A stretch of DNA of 64,000 nucleotides. Origin: Eledone cirrhosa (taxonomy: Eukaryota). The stretch spans positions 7,006,001 to 7,070,000 of the forward strand of contig OZ024763.1 in assembly GCA_964016885.1 (NCBI GenBank). The letters are read 5' to 3'. This document shows positions 51,156 to 63,922 of this stretch, piece after piece; positions within the stretch are counted from its first letter, which is position 1, and the number at the start of each line of letters is the position of its first letter. Both the position numbers and the translations under genes were made by a program. The notes beneath the pieces were generated by a model that searched no databases, was not told where the DNA came from, and worked only from the letters and a program-made list of their open reading frames with translations.

Positions 51156-51266
51156 GAATTTTATTTCTCGCACACTTATATATTTGTTTGCCATCTTCAA
51201 TCTCCCTATCTTTATTCTGATTGTTCGCGTGACTAGGTTTTTGTGGAGCTTATACTCAACACGTTA

Positions 51267-51326
51267 TTTATTAGGCTCTGATGATTCCTGCCAAAAGGTG
51301 AGGATGAAACACTGTAAGTGAATAAA
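51267..51326 (+). ncRNA. Degenerate hammerhead ribozyme motif in a ~310-bp insert (51150-51460) next to (TA)n
   Basis: CTGATGA 51278-51284, stem II TCCT/AGGA plus GCC/GGT (U.U closing pair), GAA-ACACTGT-A, stem I GCT/AGT plus TTTATT/AATAAA. Confidence 0.55.
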
Positions 51327-51681
51327 GACTGTTGGAGTATGTAAGCGAACTTTGGTTTCTTTTGCATATAACGGCTCTGTTCTTCTACATTGAACTAACA
51401 CAATACTGCCATAATACGGTGCGTGCCTGTTTATGCACATACGCTCCGTGCTTTACATAAATATATATATATGTAATCGTTTAATCCATTCTCTACGCTT
51501 GCATGAATTATATATACAAATGACAGTAGGTGATAGCTATTTACATATTTTAGTCATCATTTTGTCTACACATACACACACCAAGTGACTATATATATAT
51601 AATTACATTTTTAAGTTTCCATGTAGAGCATGTTATATGAATAAATTGTTTCTTATAAAAGCTTTTGGTCCACCCTATATG

Positions 51682-51714
<33 letters not shown>

Positions 51715-51839
51715 GTATATATAATAGCTGTGTATATATATAAGCCGGATGGCTGGAATAGGTAAGAATAAATGAGAATATATAGACTTTTACCTGTTCC
51801 AGCCATCCGGCTGAGGCCATGCTGGGGCACCGCTCTTGG

Positions 51840-51920
<81 letters not shown>

Positions 51921-52944
51921 TAGGGTATCTTTCCGACAATATATAGAGGCACTGTATTGACATAGCATTTCTTTGGGTGTTTTGTTGAACACAGCAGAGC
52001 CCATCTCCTCTTCAGGTCACACACACACATATATATATATATACACACACACACGTGTGTATATATATGTATATATATATATATCATCATCATCATCATT
52101 TAACGTCCATCTTCTATGTTAGCATGGGTTAGACGATTTATATATAAAAGCAGAATGTCTGTTTGTCCACTGCTGTTGTTGCTCTGTCAGCCATGAGAAA
52201 TTATGTATCACGTGATATTAGTTTTAAGTGAGAAATCACACTACATCGGAGCAAGTTGAAAATGCCGCCCCGACCAAAATGTAGACAGACACCTTATAAA
52301 ACCCTCTTTTAGTTACAGGTTTTCCTTTGTCATGTGTTATATTACCAGAACACACTGTGGTTGTAACCCAGTCTAACTGGATAGAGGTTTTCACAGCTGT
52401 TGCTTCTGTAATTCTACCCACTTGTAAAACCTGTGAGGGAGTCCCTCCACATTTCTGCAAGTCTGTGTAAAAGCTACCCCACCACTGCTGCAAGCGTGTG
52501 TGTGTGTGTGTGTAAAAGCCCCCCCCCCATTGCTGCAAGTGTGTATGTATGTGCTTGTGTGTGATTGTGTGTGTGTAAAAGCTGCCCCCCCCCCATTGAT
52601 GCAAGTGTGTATGTATGTAGGTGGATGTGTATGTGTAAAACTTGTGATGGAGGCCCCTCTACATTGCAAGTGTGTGTGTGTGTGTGAGCCTTCTCCATAC
52701 ACATTACTGTGTGTGTGTGTGTGTGTGAGAGCCTCCCTCCTACACATTGCTATAAGTATGTGTGTGTGTGTGTGTGTGTGTACAAAGGCTGTGAGCCTTC
52801 CTCACCTCCATATTGCTGCATGTGTGTGAGGGGGGGGAGGGTCTTCAGTAAAGTACTTCCTGTTTTGTTTTCACTTCCTCTTTAACTTTCTTAGTCTTCA
52901 GCTATTTGTTACTTATGTCAATGGTGGAGGTAGACCACACCACC

Positions 52945-53490
52945 TACACCACCACCTACACAACACCTTCAGCATCACCACCTCCACCATCACAACCTAC
53001 ACCACACCACCAACACCACCATCACAGCCTACATCCCACCACCATCACAACCTACACAACACCTTCAACATCACCACCGCCACCATCACAACCTACACCA
53101 CACCACCAACACCACCATCACAGCCTACATCCCACCACCATCACAACCTACACAACACCTTCAACATCACCACCGCCACCATCACAACCTACACCACACC
53201 ACCAACACCACCATCACAGCCTACATCCCACCACCATCACAACCTACACAACACCTTCAGCATCACCACCTCCACCATCACAACCTACACCACACCACCA
53301 ACACCACCATCACAGCCTACATCCCACCACCATCACAACCTACACAACACCTTCAGCATCACCACCTCCACCATCACAACCTACACCACACCACCAACAC
53401 CACCATCACAGCCTACATCCCACCACCATGACAACCTACACAACACCTTCAACATCACCACCACCACCATCACAACCTACACCCACCACC
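52945..53490. repeat. 96-bp CA-rich minisatellite (~5.5 copies)
   Basis: 32-codon periodicity in ORF 52906..53646. Confidence 0.92.
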
Positions 53491-54301
53491 ACCACTATTA
53501 TACTCATGTGTTATTGTGGTGGTGGTGGTGGTGGGTGTGATGTAGGTTGTGGTGGTTATGGTGGCATTGTTGATGGTGTAATGGTGGTGGTGGTGTGTAG
53601 GTGGAGGATTGTAGTGTATGTTGTGATGGTGGTGGTGGTGGTGTAGTTGGAGCATTAGGTGGAGGTGTAGGAGGGTATTCTGTGGTGTATTCCTCCCATT
53701 CAAGATATTGAAATAGCAGCCGTTGGTTTACTCTAGCGTGACAGTCAACACTCTGACTTTACTATGTTTCAAATGAAAGACAGCCTCCTACTTTTAACCC
53801 TTCTGTTGCCATATTTCTAATGAAATTCACTGTCCCCTATATTTTTCAAATCATTTGGATGGGATCATCCATGTTAACTCTCATATCTGAAGAAGTGTGG
53901 ATTAAGGGTTGGGATCAGGTCACATGATCACACCCCTGGTGGTTGATATCGGAAACAATTGTAATATACAATAAAGTTTCTTAAGCTGCAAAATCTGACT
54001 CCTTATGCTCTCCCCCTCTCTCTCTTTCTCCCCCTCTCTCTCTTTCTCCCCCTCTCTCTCTTTCTCCCCCTCTCTCTCTTTCCCTGCCCCTCTCTCTCTT
54101 TCTCCCCCCTCTCTCCCCCTCTCTCTCTTTCTCCCCCTCTCTCTCTTTCTCCGCCCCTCTCTCTCTTTCTCTCTATCTTCACCTCTCTCTCTCTCTATTG
54201 CCACACAAAGAATTCCTTAGGTACCTGCTGGGTGTGTGGTGTATTAAGGTCATGACATTTTTCTGTGTGTAGACAAAAAACCATTGAAAATTAGTGACTT
54301 G

Positions 54302-54356
<55 letters not shown>

Positions 54357-55035
54357 GTGGATTCATTCATCTTTTGGCTTCTATATTCTTTTCTTTTACT
54401 GGTTTCAGTCACTGTGGCCATGCTGGGGCACCACCTTGAAGGGATTCGGTCAATCATATCAGCCCCAGAACTCTCTTACTGGTTTCAGTTATTAGACTGT
54501 GGCCATGCTGGGGCACTGCCTTAAAAGGGTTTAGTCCATCATATCAGCCCCAGAACCCCCTTTCTGGTTTTAGTCTCAATGTTGTTTTTTTTCAAGTCTT
54601 GTATTTATTTTATTAATGTTTTTTTTGTCAAACCACTAAGTTCCATGATGTAAATTCACATATGTATGCATGTCTATGTGTATGACTGCTTTTATATGTG
54701 TGTGTCTGAGTGTGTGAATGTCTCTCTCTACACACATACTCTCTCTCCCTCTCTCTCTCTCTCACCACCCAGTCTAATTTATTCACATCACACTCTCTTT
54801 GTCATTTACATCTATTACACAATAATGGCAGTAGTTGAGCTACCGGTTATTGTTGTTATGTGGGAGTCTCTACATACATACATATACATACACACACACA
54901 CACATAGACATATATATATATATATACACATACACACACATATAGACATATATATATATACACATACATACATACATACATACACATATAAGAAGACGGT
55001 CGGGGGGGGGGGGGGGGGGTTCTGGCACATGGCCG

Positions 55036-55363
55036 CTCCAGCCACCCCACTACAGTGCCCAGCCCCAGCCACCCCACTACAGTGCCCAGCTCCAGCCACC
55101 CCACTACAGTGCCCAGCCCCAGCCACCCCACTACAGTGCCCAGCCCCAGCCACCCCACTACAGTGCCCAGCCCCAGCCACCCCACTACAGTGCCCAGCCC
55201 CAGCCACCCCACTACAGTGCCCAGCTCCAGCCACCCCACTACAGTGCCCAGCTCCAGCCACCCCACTACAGTGCCCAGCCCCAGCCACCCCACTACAGTG
55301 CCCAGCCCCAGCCACCCCACTACAGTGCCCAGCCCCAGCCACCCCACTACAGTGCCCAGCCCC
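55036..55363. repeat. 27-bp minisatellite (12 copies)
   Basis: ccagccaccccactacagtgcccagc(c/t). Confidence 0.95.
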
Positions 55364-55642
55364 AACATGGTTAGTGTTATTGCGATATATATTTGTTGTT
55401 GTGTTCATAATTGTTTTGGCATTAATGCTAGCGTGGAAGATGGACATTAAATGATGATGATGTATATATATATATACACAGTCACTTGGTGTGTATATAA
55501 TCACTGACGTAATGGAGCAGTAAAACACCCCCCTCTCTCTCTGTAGTTACTACTTCATTAATCAATACACCAGTGTTCACTCGGTCACATTCTATATCTG
55601 TCTATTTATGTGTGTTGTGACTATATATATGCGTGTGTGTCT

Positions 55643-55676
<34 letters not shown>

Positions 55677-55681
<5 letters not shown>

Positions 55682-55936
55682 ATACTTTGGGAGGGTCATG
55701 TTGCCAATAAGAAACACATGCACCAGTTGCTTTCACTTCAATTTATTATATATTTATAAATTTACAAATCTACAAACTTATAAATTTCTGGTTGGTTGGT
55801 TGGTTCCACAACCAGATAGTTGTTTATATATATAGTCATAGTCTTATTGGCAACATGACCCTCCCAAAGTATAACAATATCGGTTTCAACACACGATTTC
55901 AGATAAAGAATCTTGCTAAACAAATTCAGAAACGAA

Positions 55937-55939
<3 letters not shown>
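55677..55939. mobile_element. (TA)n-embedded insert with perfect 36-bp inverted repeat and one-sided 62-nt tail
   Basis: 55677-55712 versus 55842-55877; tail 55878-55939. Confidence 0.6.
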
Positions 55940-55978
<39 letters not shown>

Positions 55979-55980
<2 letters not shown>

Positions 55981-56312
55981 AGGCACATGGCTTAGTGGTT
56001 AGAGCATTGGCCTTGCAATCGAAAGGTTGTGAGTTCAATTCTCAGACCGGGTGTTGTGTTGTTTCCTTGAGCAAGACACTTTATTTCACATTGCTCCAGT
56101 TTACTCAGCTGTAGAAATGAGATGATAGGGACTGGGGTCCCTATCATCCCACTGCAAAGTGGTCGTGGAGGCGCCACGGCAAAAAAGCACCCAGCACTCA
56201 CTGTAAATGAGGTTGGTGTTAGGAAGGGCATCCAGCTGTAGAGATCAAGCCTGAATCAGTTCCCATCCCACCCTTGGAAGCAGGGAAATAGTGGACGTAA
56301 AATGATGATGAT
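55979..56312 (+). mobile_element. Full-length chimeric SINE family S2
   Basis: A box TGGCTTAGTGG, B box GAGTTCAATTC, CORE-like ccttgagcaagacact..ctcagctgtagaaatgag, 12-bp hairpin, ggaagggcatccagc module, RTE family 1 tail plus (TGA)n. Confidence 0.92.
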
Positions 56313-56322
56313 ATATATATAG

Positions 56323-56355
<33 letters not shown>

Positions 56356-56598
56356 CACACACACATATACTCACAACACACATATATACTCACACACACA
56401 CACATATATATATACTCACATACACACATATATATATATATATATACTCACAATACACACACATATACTCACAACACACATATATACTCACACACACACA
56501 CACACATATATACTCACATACACACACACATATATTTAATATAAAGAATGGTGTGCTCTTGTGTGCAGATGCTATAGAATAAGGGTGGATACCCATAA

Positions 56599-56811
56599 CC
56601 CTTTAATGTTCAAACTGGCCAAAACCAGCCAGAATTCTCTATCCCTTTCTGTTGAAACTGGCTGTAACTGGTCGCTTATTTGATGTTAAGGTATTCTCAA
56701 AATCTCATAGATTTGATATTATGTGAGATATTATGTGAGATATTTATGTGAGGTAAAGCATTTACCATGAAAATATAATAGTATATATAGAGTGATGTGA
56801 ATGGTAAAGGG
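56599..56811 (+). mobile_element. piggyBac-like MITE family B
   Basis: ATAA-CCCTTTAA...TAAAGGG-TTAA; colinear with 32002-32206. Confidence 0.85.
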
Positions 56812-57110
56812 TTAAAGATGGACAAAGAAGTTGCTATCAGCTGCTCTATGTATATATGAGAGAGAGAGATTGGGTGTTATCCATTTGTTGCTGAAACAAC
56901 AAGAGCTCAGCCATCGGGCACTAACTCTTGACAATATATAGACCGAATAAGGTGCAAATGCCACATTGTAAACATACACTTGGTTAGCACCCCCCGGATA
57001 GGTTTTGTTCGATAAAAATGCATTATATATTTTATTGAGCATTGAGTGAGTAAAGTGTGCAAGCAAGACTATAGATGATACTTTAACCTCGTCATATATA
57101 TATATATATA

Positions 57111-57371
57111 CTATTAATAATGAGTTCAAAACTCAGGCAGTCCTTTACAATGAAATAGCTCAAAGAAAGAAGTATTTCTGAGCCGTGTAATACAAGTTAA
57201 TATAAATTAATATATTTGATAAACACAAATACCAACATATCCGTGTTTGTATTGTAAATGTCTAAGTTAGCTAACTGTAAATGACAATCTAGCTAACTTA
57301 GTCATTTACAATACAAACACGGATATGTTGGTATTTGTGTTTATCAAATATATTAATTTATACTAACTTGT
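57111..57371. mobile_element. Fold-back insert in (TA)n: 81-nt tail plus palindrome with 82-bp arms
   Basis: Arms 57192-57273 and 57290-57371, 16-nt spacer. Confidence 0.65.
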
Positions 57372-57384
57372 GTATATATATATA

Positions 57385-57611
57385 GGAAAATGTGTGAGAT
57401 CCTTGGTACAGTTAGGTATATTTAAAAAAACGAAAAGAATGACTTCACTTGTAGTTCTAAACATTTGGATTAAATTTTATATTATTTTACAATTTGGTTT
57501 TATAGAAACCAAATACTAAAATCTACAAAACCAAATTGTAAAATCGTATTATAAAATTAAATCAAATTTAGAACTACTAGTGAAGTCATTCTTTTCCTTT
57601 TTTTAAATATA
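57385..57611. mobile_element. Second, more diverged fold-back insert in (TA)n: 32-nt tail plus ~90-bp-arm palindrome
   Basis: gaaaagaatgacttcact..gtagttctaaa..ttttacaatttggtttt mirrored by aaaaccaaattgtaaaa..tttagaactac.agtgaagtcattcttttc. Confidence 0.6.
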
Positions 57612-57642
57612 TAAATATATATATATATATATATGCGTGTTA

Positions 57643-57900
57643 TCATCATCACCGGTTTACGTCCATTCTTCCACACAGCATGGGTTAGATGGGTTGTCCT
57701 GTTGGCAATGCTAGGTCAGGTGACCAGGCCTTGCTCATATGGAACTGATTCTGGCTTGGTTTCTACAGCTGGATGCCCTTCCTAACACCAACCTCATTTA
57801 CAGTGAGTGCTGGGTGATTTTTTTACCATGGCGCCTACATGACCACTTTACAGTGTGGACTGGGTGCTTTTTGTTGTGACACCGACACAACCATTTTACA
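57643..57900 (-). mobile_element. SINE 3' module
   Basis: Shares ggaactgattctggcttg..ggatgcccttcctaacaccaacctcatttacagtgagtgctgggtg with S2 but has a different extreme 3' end. Confidence 0.8.
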
Positions 57901-58399
57901 GTAGGAGGAGAGGTGGGGGCATACTGTCTATATGCTTCAGCTTTGGCTTGTACCCGTGGGAAGTCAGGTTTTCTGTATTACTGCGTAACACCAGAGGTCT
58001 CAGGTCCCGTGTCATCACCTTTGAGAGGTGTAATTGGGCAAGGTATTATATCGAGGCAAATAACTTTATCTACTCTGGAATTTATACATAACCTTACTTA
58101 TTGAGTATGCTGAGATGCAACTGGTACTAGCAGGGAGACCTTATGCTAGTCCCATTAACCTCTTTTATATATATATATATAGAGAGAGAGGTAAAATTCC
58201 ATTATAACAAATTCTTTTTCAATCCTCGGTCACATGCTTGATTGATGTGTTAGGGTGATCTCGTTATAAAGAATTATTCATTACACATTTTTTTTTATAC
58301 CCTTTGAATTTTGTTGTAACGGAATGTCACTCTCTCTCTATATATATATGTATATACATACCCACCACCCCACCTTCTTAGAAAATAAGAGGGAGGGGG

Positions 58400-58716
58400 G
58401 ATCGAGGACCCCCTTTGGTCACGAATTTCCATGGGATTTGCACCGAGAAAGTTTCCTTCCGAGGCACAAGTCCGGGCAAGGTTCCTTGTGAAAGACCTCC
58501 AGCCTCCCCTCTCCACGCCACCGATGTTGTCCAAGGGAAAGGCAATGGCTGATACAGCTTGGCACCAGTGGTGTCTCAACTCATTTCTACAGCTGAGTGA
58601 ACTGGAGCAACGTGAAATAGTGTCTTGCTCAAGGACAATGCAAAGCTTGGTCTGAGAATTGAACTCACAACCTTTTGATTGCCAGCCCAATGCTCTAACC
58701 ACTAAGCCATGCACCT
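58400..58716 (-). mobile_element. tRNA/CORE-like SINE sharing the S2 head but with a different 3' half
   Basis: Matches S2 from the head to ctcatttctacagctgag, then unrelated sequence (..gaggcacaagtccgggcaagg..). Confidence 0.8.
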
Positions 58717-59044
58717 TCAACATCATAATCTAATGATTGTTTTATTTATTTATTTATTTTTTCCCCCCCCTATTAGCAAGGGTTGAAATACATCTATATG
58801 TATATATATATAGGGATATATATACATATATACACATTTAGGGATATATATATATATATAAATCTGTTACTCTACTTATATTTCTATTTACATATTTCTC
58901 ACTCTACCAACTTTATTTATTTGTCTCCCCACTCTCTTTCTCTCTCTCATTCAGTGTCTGTCTGTCTGTCTCTCTACTCTAATACACCACCCCACCCCAC
59001 CCTACCATCTCTATGGTTCTATCTTACACACACAAGACAAAACA

Positions 59045-59845
59045 TCACCACCACCACTACACCACCACCACTACACCACCACCACTACACCACCACCACC
59101 AACACCACCACTACACCAACACTACTACACCACCACCAACACCACTACACCATCAACACCACTACACCACCACCACCACCACTACACCACCACCACTACA
59201 ACTACACCACCACCACTACACCACAACTACCACCACCACCACCACCACTACAAGGCCACCACAACCACCACCACCACCACTACACCACCACCAACACCAC
59301 TACACCACCACCACCACTACACCACCACCACTACAACTACACCACCACCACTACACCACAACTACCACCACCACCACCACCACTACACAACCACCACCAC
59401 CACCACACCACCACCACTACACCACCACTACACCACCACCACACCACTACACCACCAGCACCACTACACCACCACTACACCACCACTACACCACCACCAC
59501 CACACCACTACACCACCACCACCACCACACCACCACCACCACCACCAGATATACAGGATATACCACACAGAGCTGTGTCATCAAACTGCAGCAGTCTGCT
59601 CCAGTGTAAAACTGCAATGGAAATATTTATATTGAGTTTACACTGCTGCTGCTGCTACTGCTGCTGCTGCTGCTACTACTACTACTGCTACTGCTACTGC
59701 TGCTGCTACTGTTACTGCTGCTGCTACTACTGCTGCTACTACTGCTACTGCTGCTGCTACTGTTACTATTGCTGCTGCTACTACTGCTGCTACTACTGCT
59801 GCTGCTACTGCTGCTGCTGCTGCTACTACTGCTGCTACTACTACT
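59045..59845. repeat. (CAC/TAC)n and (CTG/CTA)n trinucleotide low-complexity tracts
   Basis: Read directly. Confidence 0.95.
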
Positions 59846-60273
59846 CTCCTATCACCACTCCCCTCTCCACACACACATGTGTTTATATATATATATATCT
59901 ATAGTTCTGCCTTCCATTTTATGTTGTTTCCCACCACCTATATTTCTAATGTACAGAAGACTGTGAGAGGCAGACAGACATTTTAAATGAGACAGAGACT
60001 GTTTATACGGGAGAGACTGTCAACAGGGAAAGATGGAGAGGCAGAGAGAGACTGTAAACGTGATAGAGAGAGAGACTGTCAACAGGGAAAGATGGAGAGG
60101 CAGAGAGAGACTGTAAACGAGAGAGAGAGACTGTAAACGTGATAGAGAGAGAGAGAGACAGTGTAAACAAGAAAGAGGGGGAGGGTTTAGTAAGAGGAAA
60201 TGAAACATTAGACATCAATTTCCTTGCTGTTCCACACCCACATCCTTGTTGTTATTATATATATATATGTTGT

Positions 60274-60309
<36 letters not shown>

Positions 60310-60311
60310 AT

Positions 60312-60342
<31 letters not shown>

Positions 60343-60779
60343 ATTATATATATATATATATATATATGTTGTTATTATATATATATATATATATATATAT
60401 GTTATTATATATATATATATATGTTGGTATATATATATATATATATATATATGTTGGTATATATATATGTTGGTATATATATATATATATATATATATGT
60501 TGGTATATATATATGTTGGTATATATATATATATATATATATATGTTGGTATATATATATGTTGGTATATATATATATATATATATATGTTTGTATGTAT
60601 GTAACAACTTATACGCGCTCCCGCGCGCACGCACATTGTTTATAATGTATTAGATATTTCTAATTGCTTATCTTGACGATGATATAGCAACTGACTGACT
60701 GCTTGAATGTGTCAAAGACATGACAACCTCCCTGGTGTTGGTGATTGTAACCCTCCTCGAATCGATGTCTGCAGTCTAG

Positions 60780-61137
60780 TGTGCTGGTGCCACAACAAAA
60801 AGCACCCTGTCAACTCTAATGTAGTCGTGCTGGTGCCACAACAAAAAGCACCCTGTCAACTCTAATGTAGTCGTGCTGGTGCCACAACAAAAAGCACCCT
60901 GTCAACTCTAATGTAGTCGTGCTGGTGCCACAACAAAAAGCACCCTGTCAACTCTAATGTAGTCGTGCTGGTGCCACAACAAAAAGCACCCTATCAACTC
61001 TAATGTAGTCGTGCTGGTGCCACAACAAAAAGCACCCTGTCAACTCTAATGTAGTCATGCTGGTGCCACAACAAAAAGCACCCTGTCGACTCTAATGTAG
61101 TCGTGCTGGTGCCACAACAAAAAGCACCCTGTCAACT
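60780..61137 (+). repeat. 46-bp minisatellite (~7.7 copies) derived from the SINE middle module
   Basis: gtgctggtgccacaacaaaaagcaccc.. resembles dispersed tagtgctggtggcacaaataaaagcaccc at 7381. Confidence 0.9.
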
Positions 61138-61349
61138 TTCATGTTTCATTGCCATGCAACGTGTATACATCATCATCATCCACGCTAGCATGGGTTAGAC
61201 GGGTTCGTATAGGACTGTTGTTTCTGGCTGGTTTTCTATGGCTGGATGCCCTTCCTAACCCCAACTACATTTACAGTATAGCTGGGTGCTTTTTGCCGTC
61301 TCTTACAGGACCACTTTACAGTGTGGGCTGGGTGATTTGTGATACCAAC

Positions 61350-61383
<34 letters not shown>

Positions 61384-61598
61384 ATATATGTGTTATATTA
61401 TATATATGTATCAATCTGTCATTCTAATTAAACATGTTGTTATATATTTATTTATTGTATTTTATTTTTCTACTTTCAGTTTGTTAACCCTGAGCAGATT
61501 GGTTATGTTGGGTTTGCCAATCTCCCCAACCAGGTTCACAGAAAATCTGTGAAGAAGGGTTTCGAGTTTACTCTACTTGTGGTTGGTAAGTAATATAA

Positions 61599-62011
61599 CT
61601 ATCTATCTAGGCTGTGTAAAATTCCTGAGATCCATGAATGAGTTCTCTCCAGCAATCTCTGTCCTTCATCATCGCTGCCATGTCCTGCGTCTCCAAGAGA
61701 CCAGTGCCTGTCCTTAGGGTATCAATATATGTCAACCTTGGTCTCTCTCTTCTAGTGTGTCCATGTAGGGGTGGTCTCACAGGACCACTGAGTGCAGTGT
61801 CAACTCTGAATGTCAGTGAGCATGTCCTGCTAACCTCGGTCTCCTCTGTGTCACTTTTGAGCTGACTTTTGGGATGCTCCCATACAGCTCCGAGTTCTTC
61901 ATCCTCAGTGTATACTGATTAATGTTCAGAGCCATCCTCAGCATTCTCGTGTAGCACCCATCCACCATCTGAGTGAGTTTCTTGGTCAGTGTCCAAGTCT
62001 CAAACCCGTAC
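61599..62011 (-). mobile_element. 5'-truncated RTE-clade LINE family 2, colinear copy
   Basis: [65 protein letters not shown], (AGAT)n tail. Confidence 0.9.
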
Positions 62012-62032
62012 ACACATATATATATATATAGA

Positions 62033-62235
62033 CATCATCATCGTTTTAATGTCTATCTTCCACGCTAGCATGGGTTGGACGGGTTTGTCCCACTTGAGGC
62101 AAGATTGGTCGGGTGACCGTGTCTCGCTCATATAGGACTATCTGGCAGGTTTTCTACGGCTGGATGCCCTTCCTAACACCAACCACTTTACAGTGTGGAC
62201 TGGGTGCTTTTTATCGTGACACCTACACGGCCACT
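62033..62235 (-). mobile_element. SINE 3' module, unexpanded form
   Basis: Contains a single copy of the 48-bp unit that is amplified at 3930-4790. Confidence 0.82.
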
Positions 62236-62264
62236 ATATCTACATAGGTAGGAGTTTTAACAAC

Positions 62265-63215
62265 ATGACTGGGGGGCCCCTATCATTAAAACATCCAAGA
62301 AACGTTCTGTATGATACAATCTCATAGAAAAGTTAAACCTACATAGGTTAGAGGTGCAGCAATAACATGACAAAAGTGGGACTCCCTATCATTAAAACAC
62401 TCCAATGAGCTACAACCTTGTTGGTGACCAGCTAAACCTACAGGTGTGTCAGCTGTAACAACAACATGACAAAACTGGGGCTCCCTATCATTAAAACACC
62501 TGACAAACCTTTAATGAGCTACAACCTTGTAGGTGACCAGCTAAACCTACAGGTGTGTCAGCTGTAACAACAACATGACAAAACTGGGGCTCCCTATCAT
62601 TAAAACACCTGACAAACCTTTAATGAGCTACAACCTTGTAGGTGACCAGCTAAACCTACAGGTGTGTCAGCTGTAACATGACAAAACTGGGGCTCCCTAT
62701 CATTAAAACACCTGACAAACCTCCTTTAATGAGCTACAACCTTGTAGGTGACCAGCTAAACCTACAGGTGTGTCAGCTGTAACATGACAAAACTGGGGCT
62801 CCCTATCATTAAAACACCTGACAAACCTCCTTTAATGAGCTACAACCTTGTAGGTGACCAGCTAAACCTACAGGTGTGTCAGCTGTAACATGACAAAACT
62901 GGGGCTCCCTATCATTAAAACACCTGACAAACCTCCTTTAATGAGCTACAACCTTGTAGGTGACCAGCTAAACCTACAGGTGTGTCAGCTGTAACATGAC
63001 AAAACTGGGGCTCCCTATCATTAAAACACCTGACAAACCTCCTTTAATGAGCTACAACCTTGTAGGTGACCAGCTAAACCTACAGGTGTGTCAGCTGTAA
63101 CAACAACATGACAAAACTGGGGCTCCCTATCATTAAAACACCTGACAAACCTCCTTTAATGAGCTACAACCTTGTTGGTGACCAGCTAAACCTACAGGTG
63201 TGTCAGCTGTAACAT
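62265..63215 (+). repeat. 106-112-bp tandem repeat (~8-9 copies)
   Basis: gctaaacctacagg at 62431, 62540, 62649, 62755, 62861, 62967, 63073, 63185. Confidence 0.95.
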
Positions 63216-63509
63216 CACAGGATGATATACATTCTTATGAGGACATCTAAAGAGTTGGAAGTTGTACATTTCATCTCATTTCATTTAACAGAGAGAGAGA
63301 GAGAGAGAGTAAGAGAGAGAGAAAGAGAGAGAGAGTGAGTGAGTGAGACAGTGAGAGAGAGAGAGGGAGATAGTGAGTGAGACAGTGAGAGAGGGAGATA
63401 GTGAGAGAAACAGTGAGAGAGAGAGGGAGACAGTGAGAGAGAGAGCCCTAGGCACAGATGGTAACATACATGTCTAGTGTTGCTATTTTTATATCTTCAC
63501 AATCCTGGT

Positions 63510-63922
63510 GATGGTGGAAATAGCTGTGGTGATGGTGTTGATGATGATGATGTGTGGTGCTGGTGGTGATGATGATGATGATGATGCCTGTGGTGATGGT
63601 GTTGATGATGATGATGCCTGTGTGGTGGTGGTGATGATGATGATGGCTGAGTGGTGGTGATGGTGTTGATGATGATGGCTGAGTGGTGGTGGTGATGATG
63701 ATGCCTGTGTTGTGGTGTTGATGATGATGGCTGAGTGATGATGGTGGTGATGATGGCTGAGTGATGATGGTGATGATGATGCCTGTGTGGTGGTGATGAT
63801 GATGATGATGGCTGAGTGGTGGTGGTGGTGATGGCTGAGTGGTGGTGGTGATGATGATGATGCCTGTGTGGTGATGGTGATGATGATGGTGGCTGAGTGG
63901 TGATGGTGGTGATGATGATGGT
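63510..63922. repeat. (GAT/GGT)n low-complexity minisatellite
   Basis: Read directly. Confidence 0.92.

Noticed and set aside
52140-52320. Possible Helitron-like 5' end (tatataaaagcagaatgtctgtttgtcc)
   Set aside because: No 3' hairpin/CTRR end or second copy found, so it cannot be supported.
54666-55528. PATPLQCPA / GAGHCSGVA repeat proteins
   Set aside because: 27-bp minisatellite flanked in frame by microsatellite translation; no evidence of an exon.
55979-56050. tRNA gene (also at 14385 and other SINE heads)
   Set aside because: A and B boxes are present but no complete cloverleaf; continues into SINE body and recurs as a dispersed repeat.
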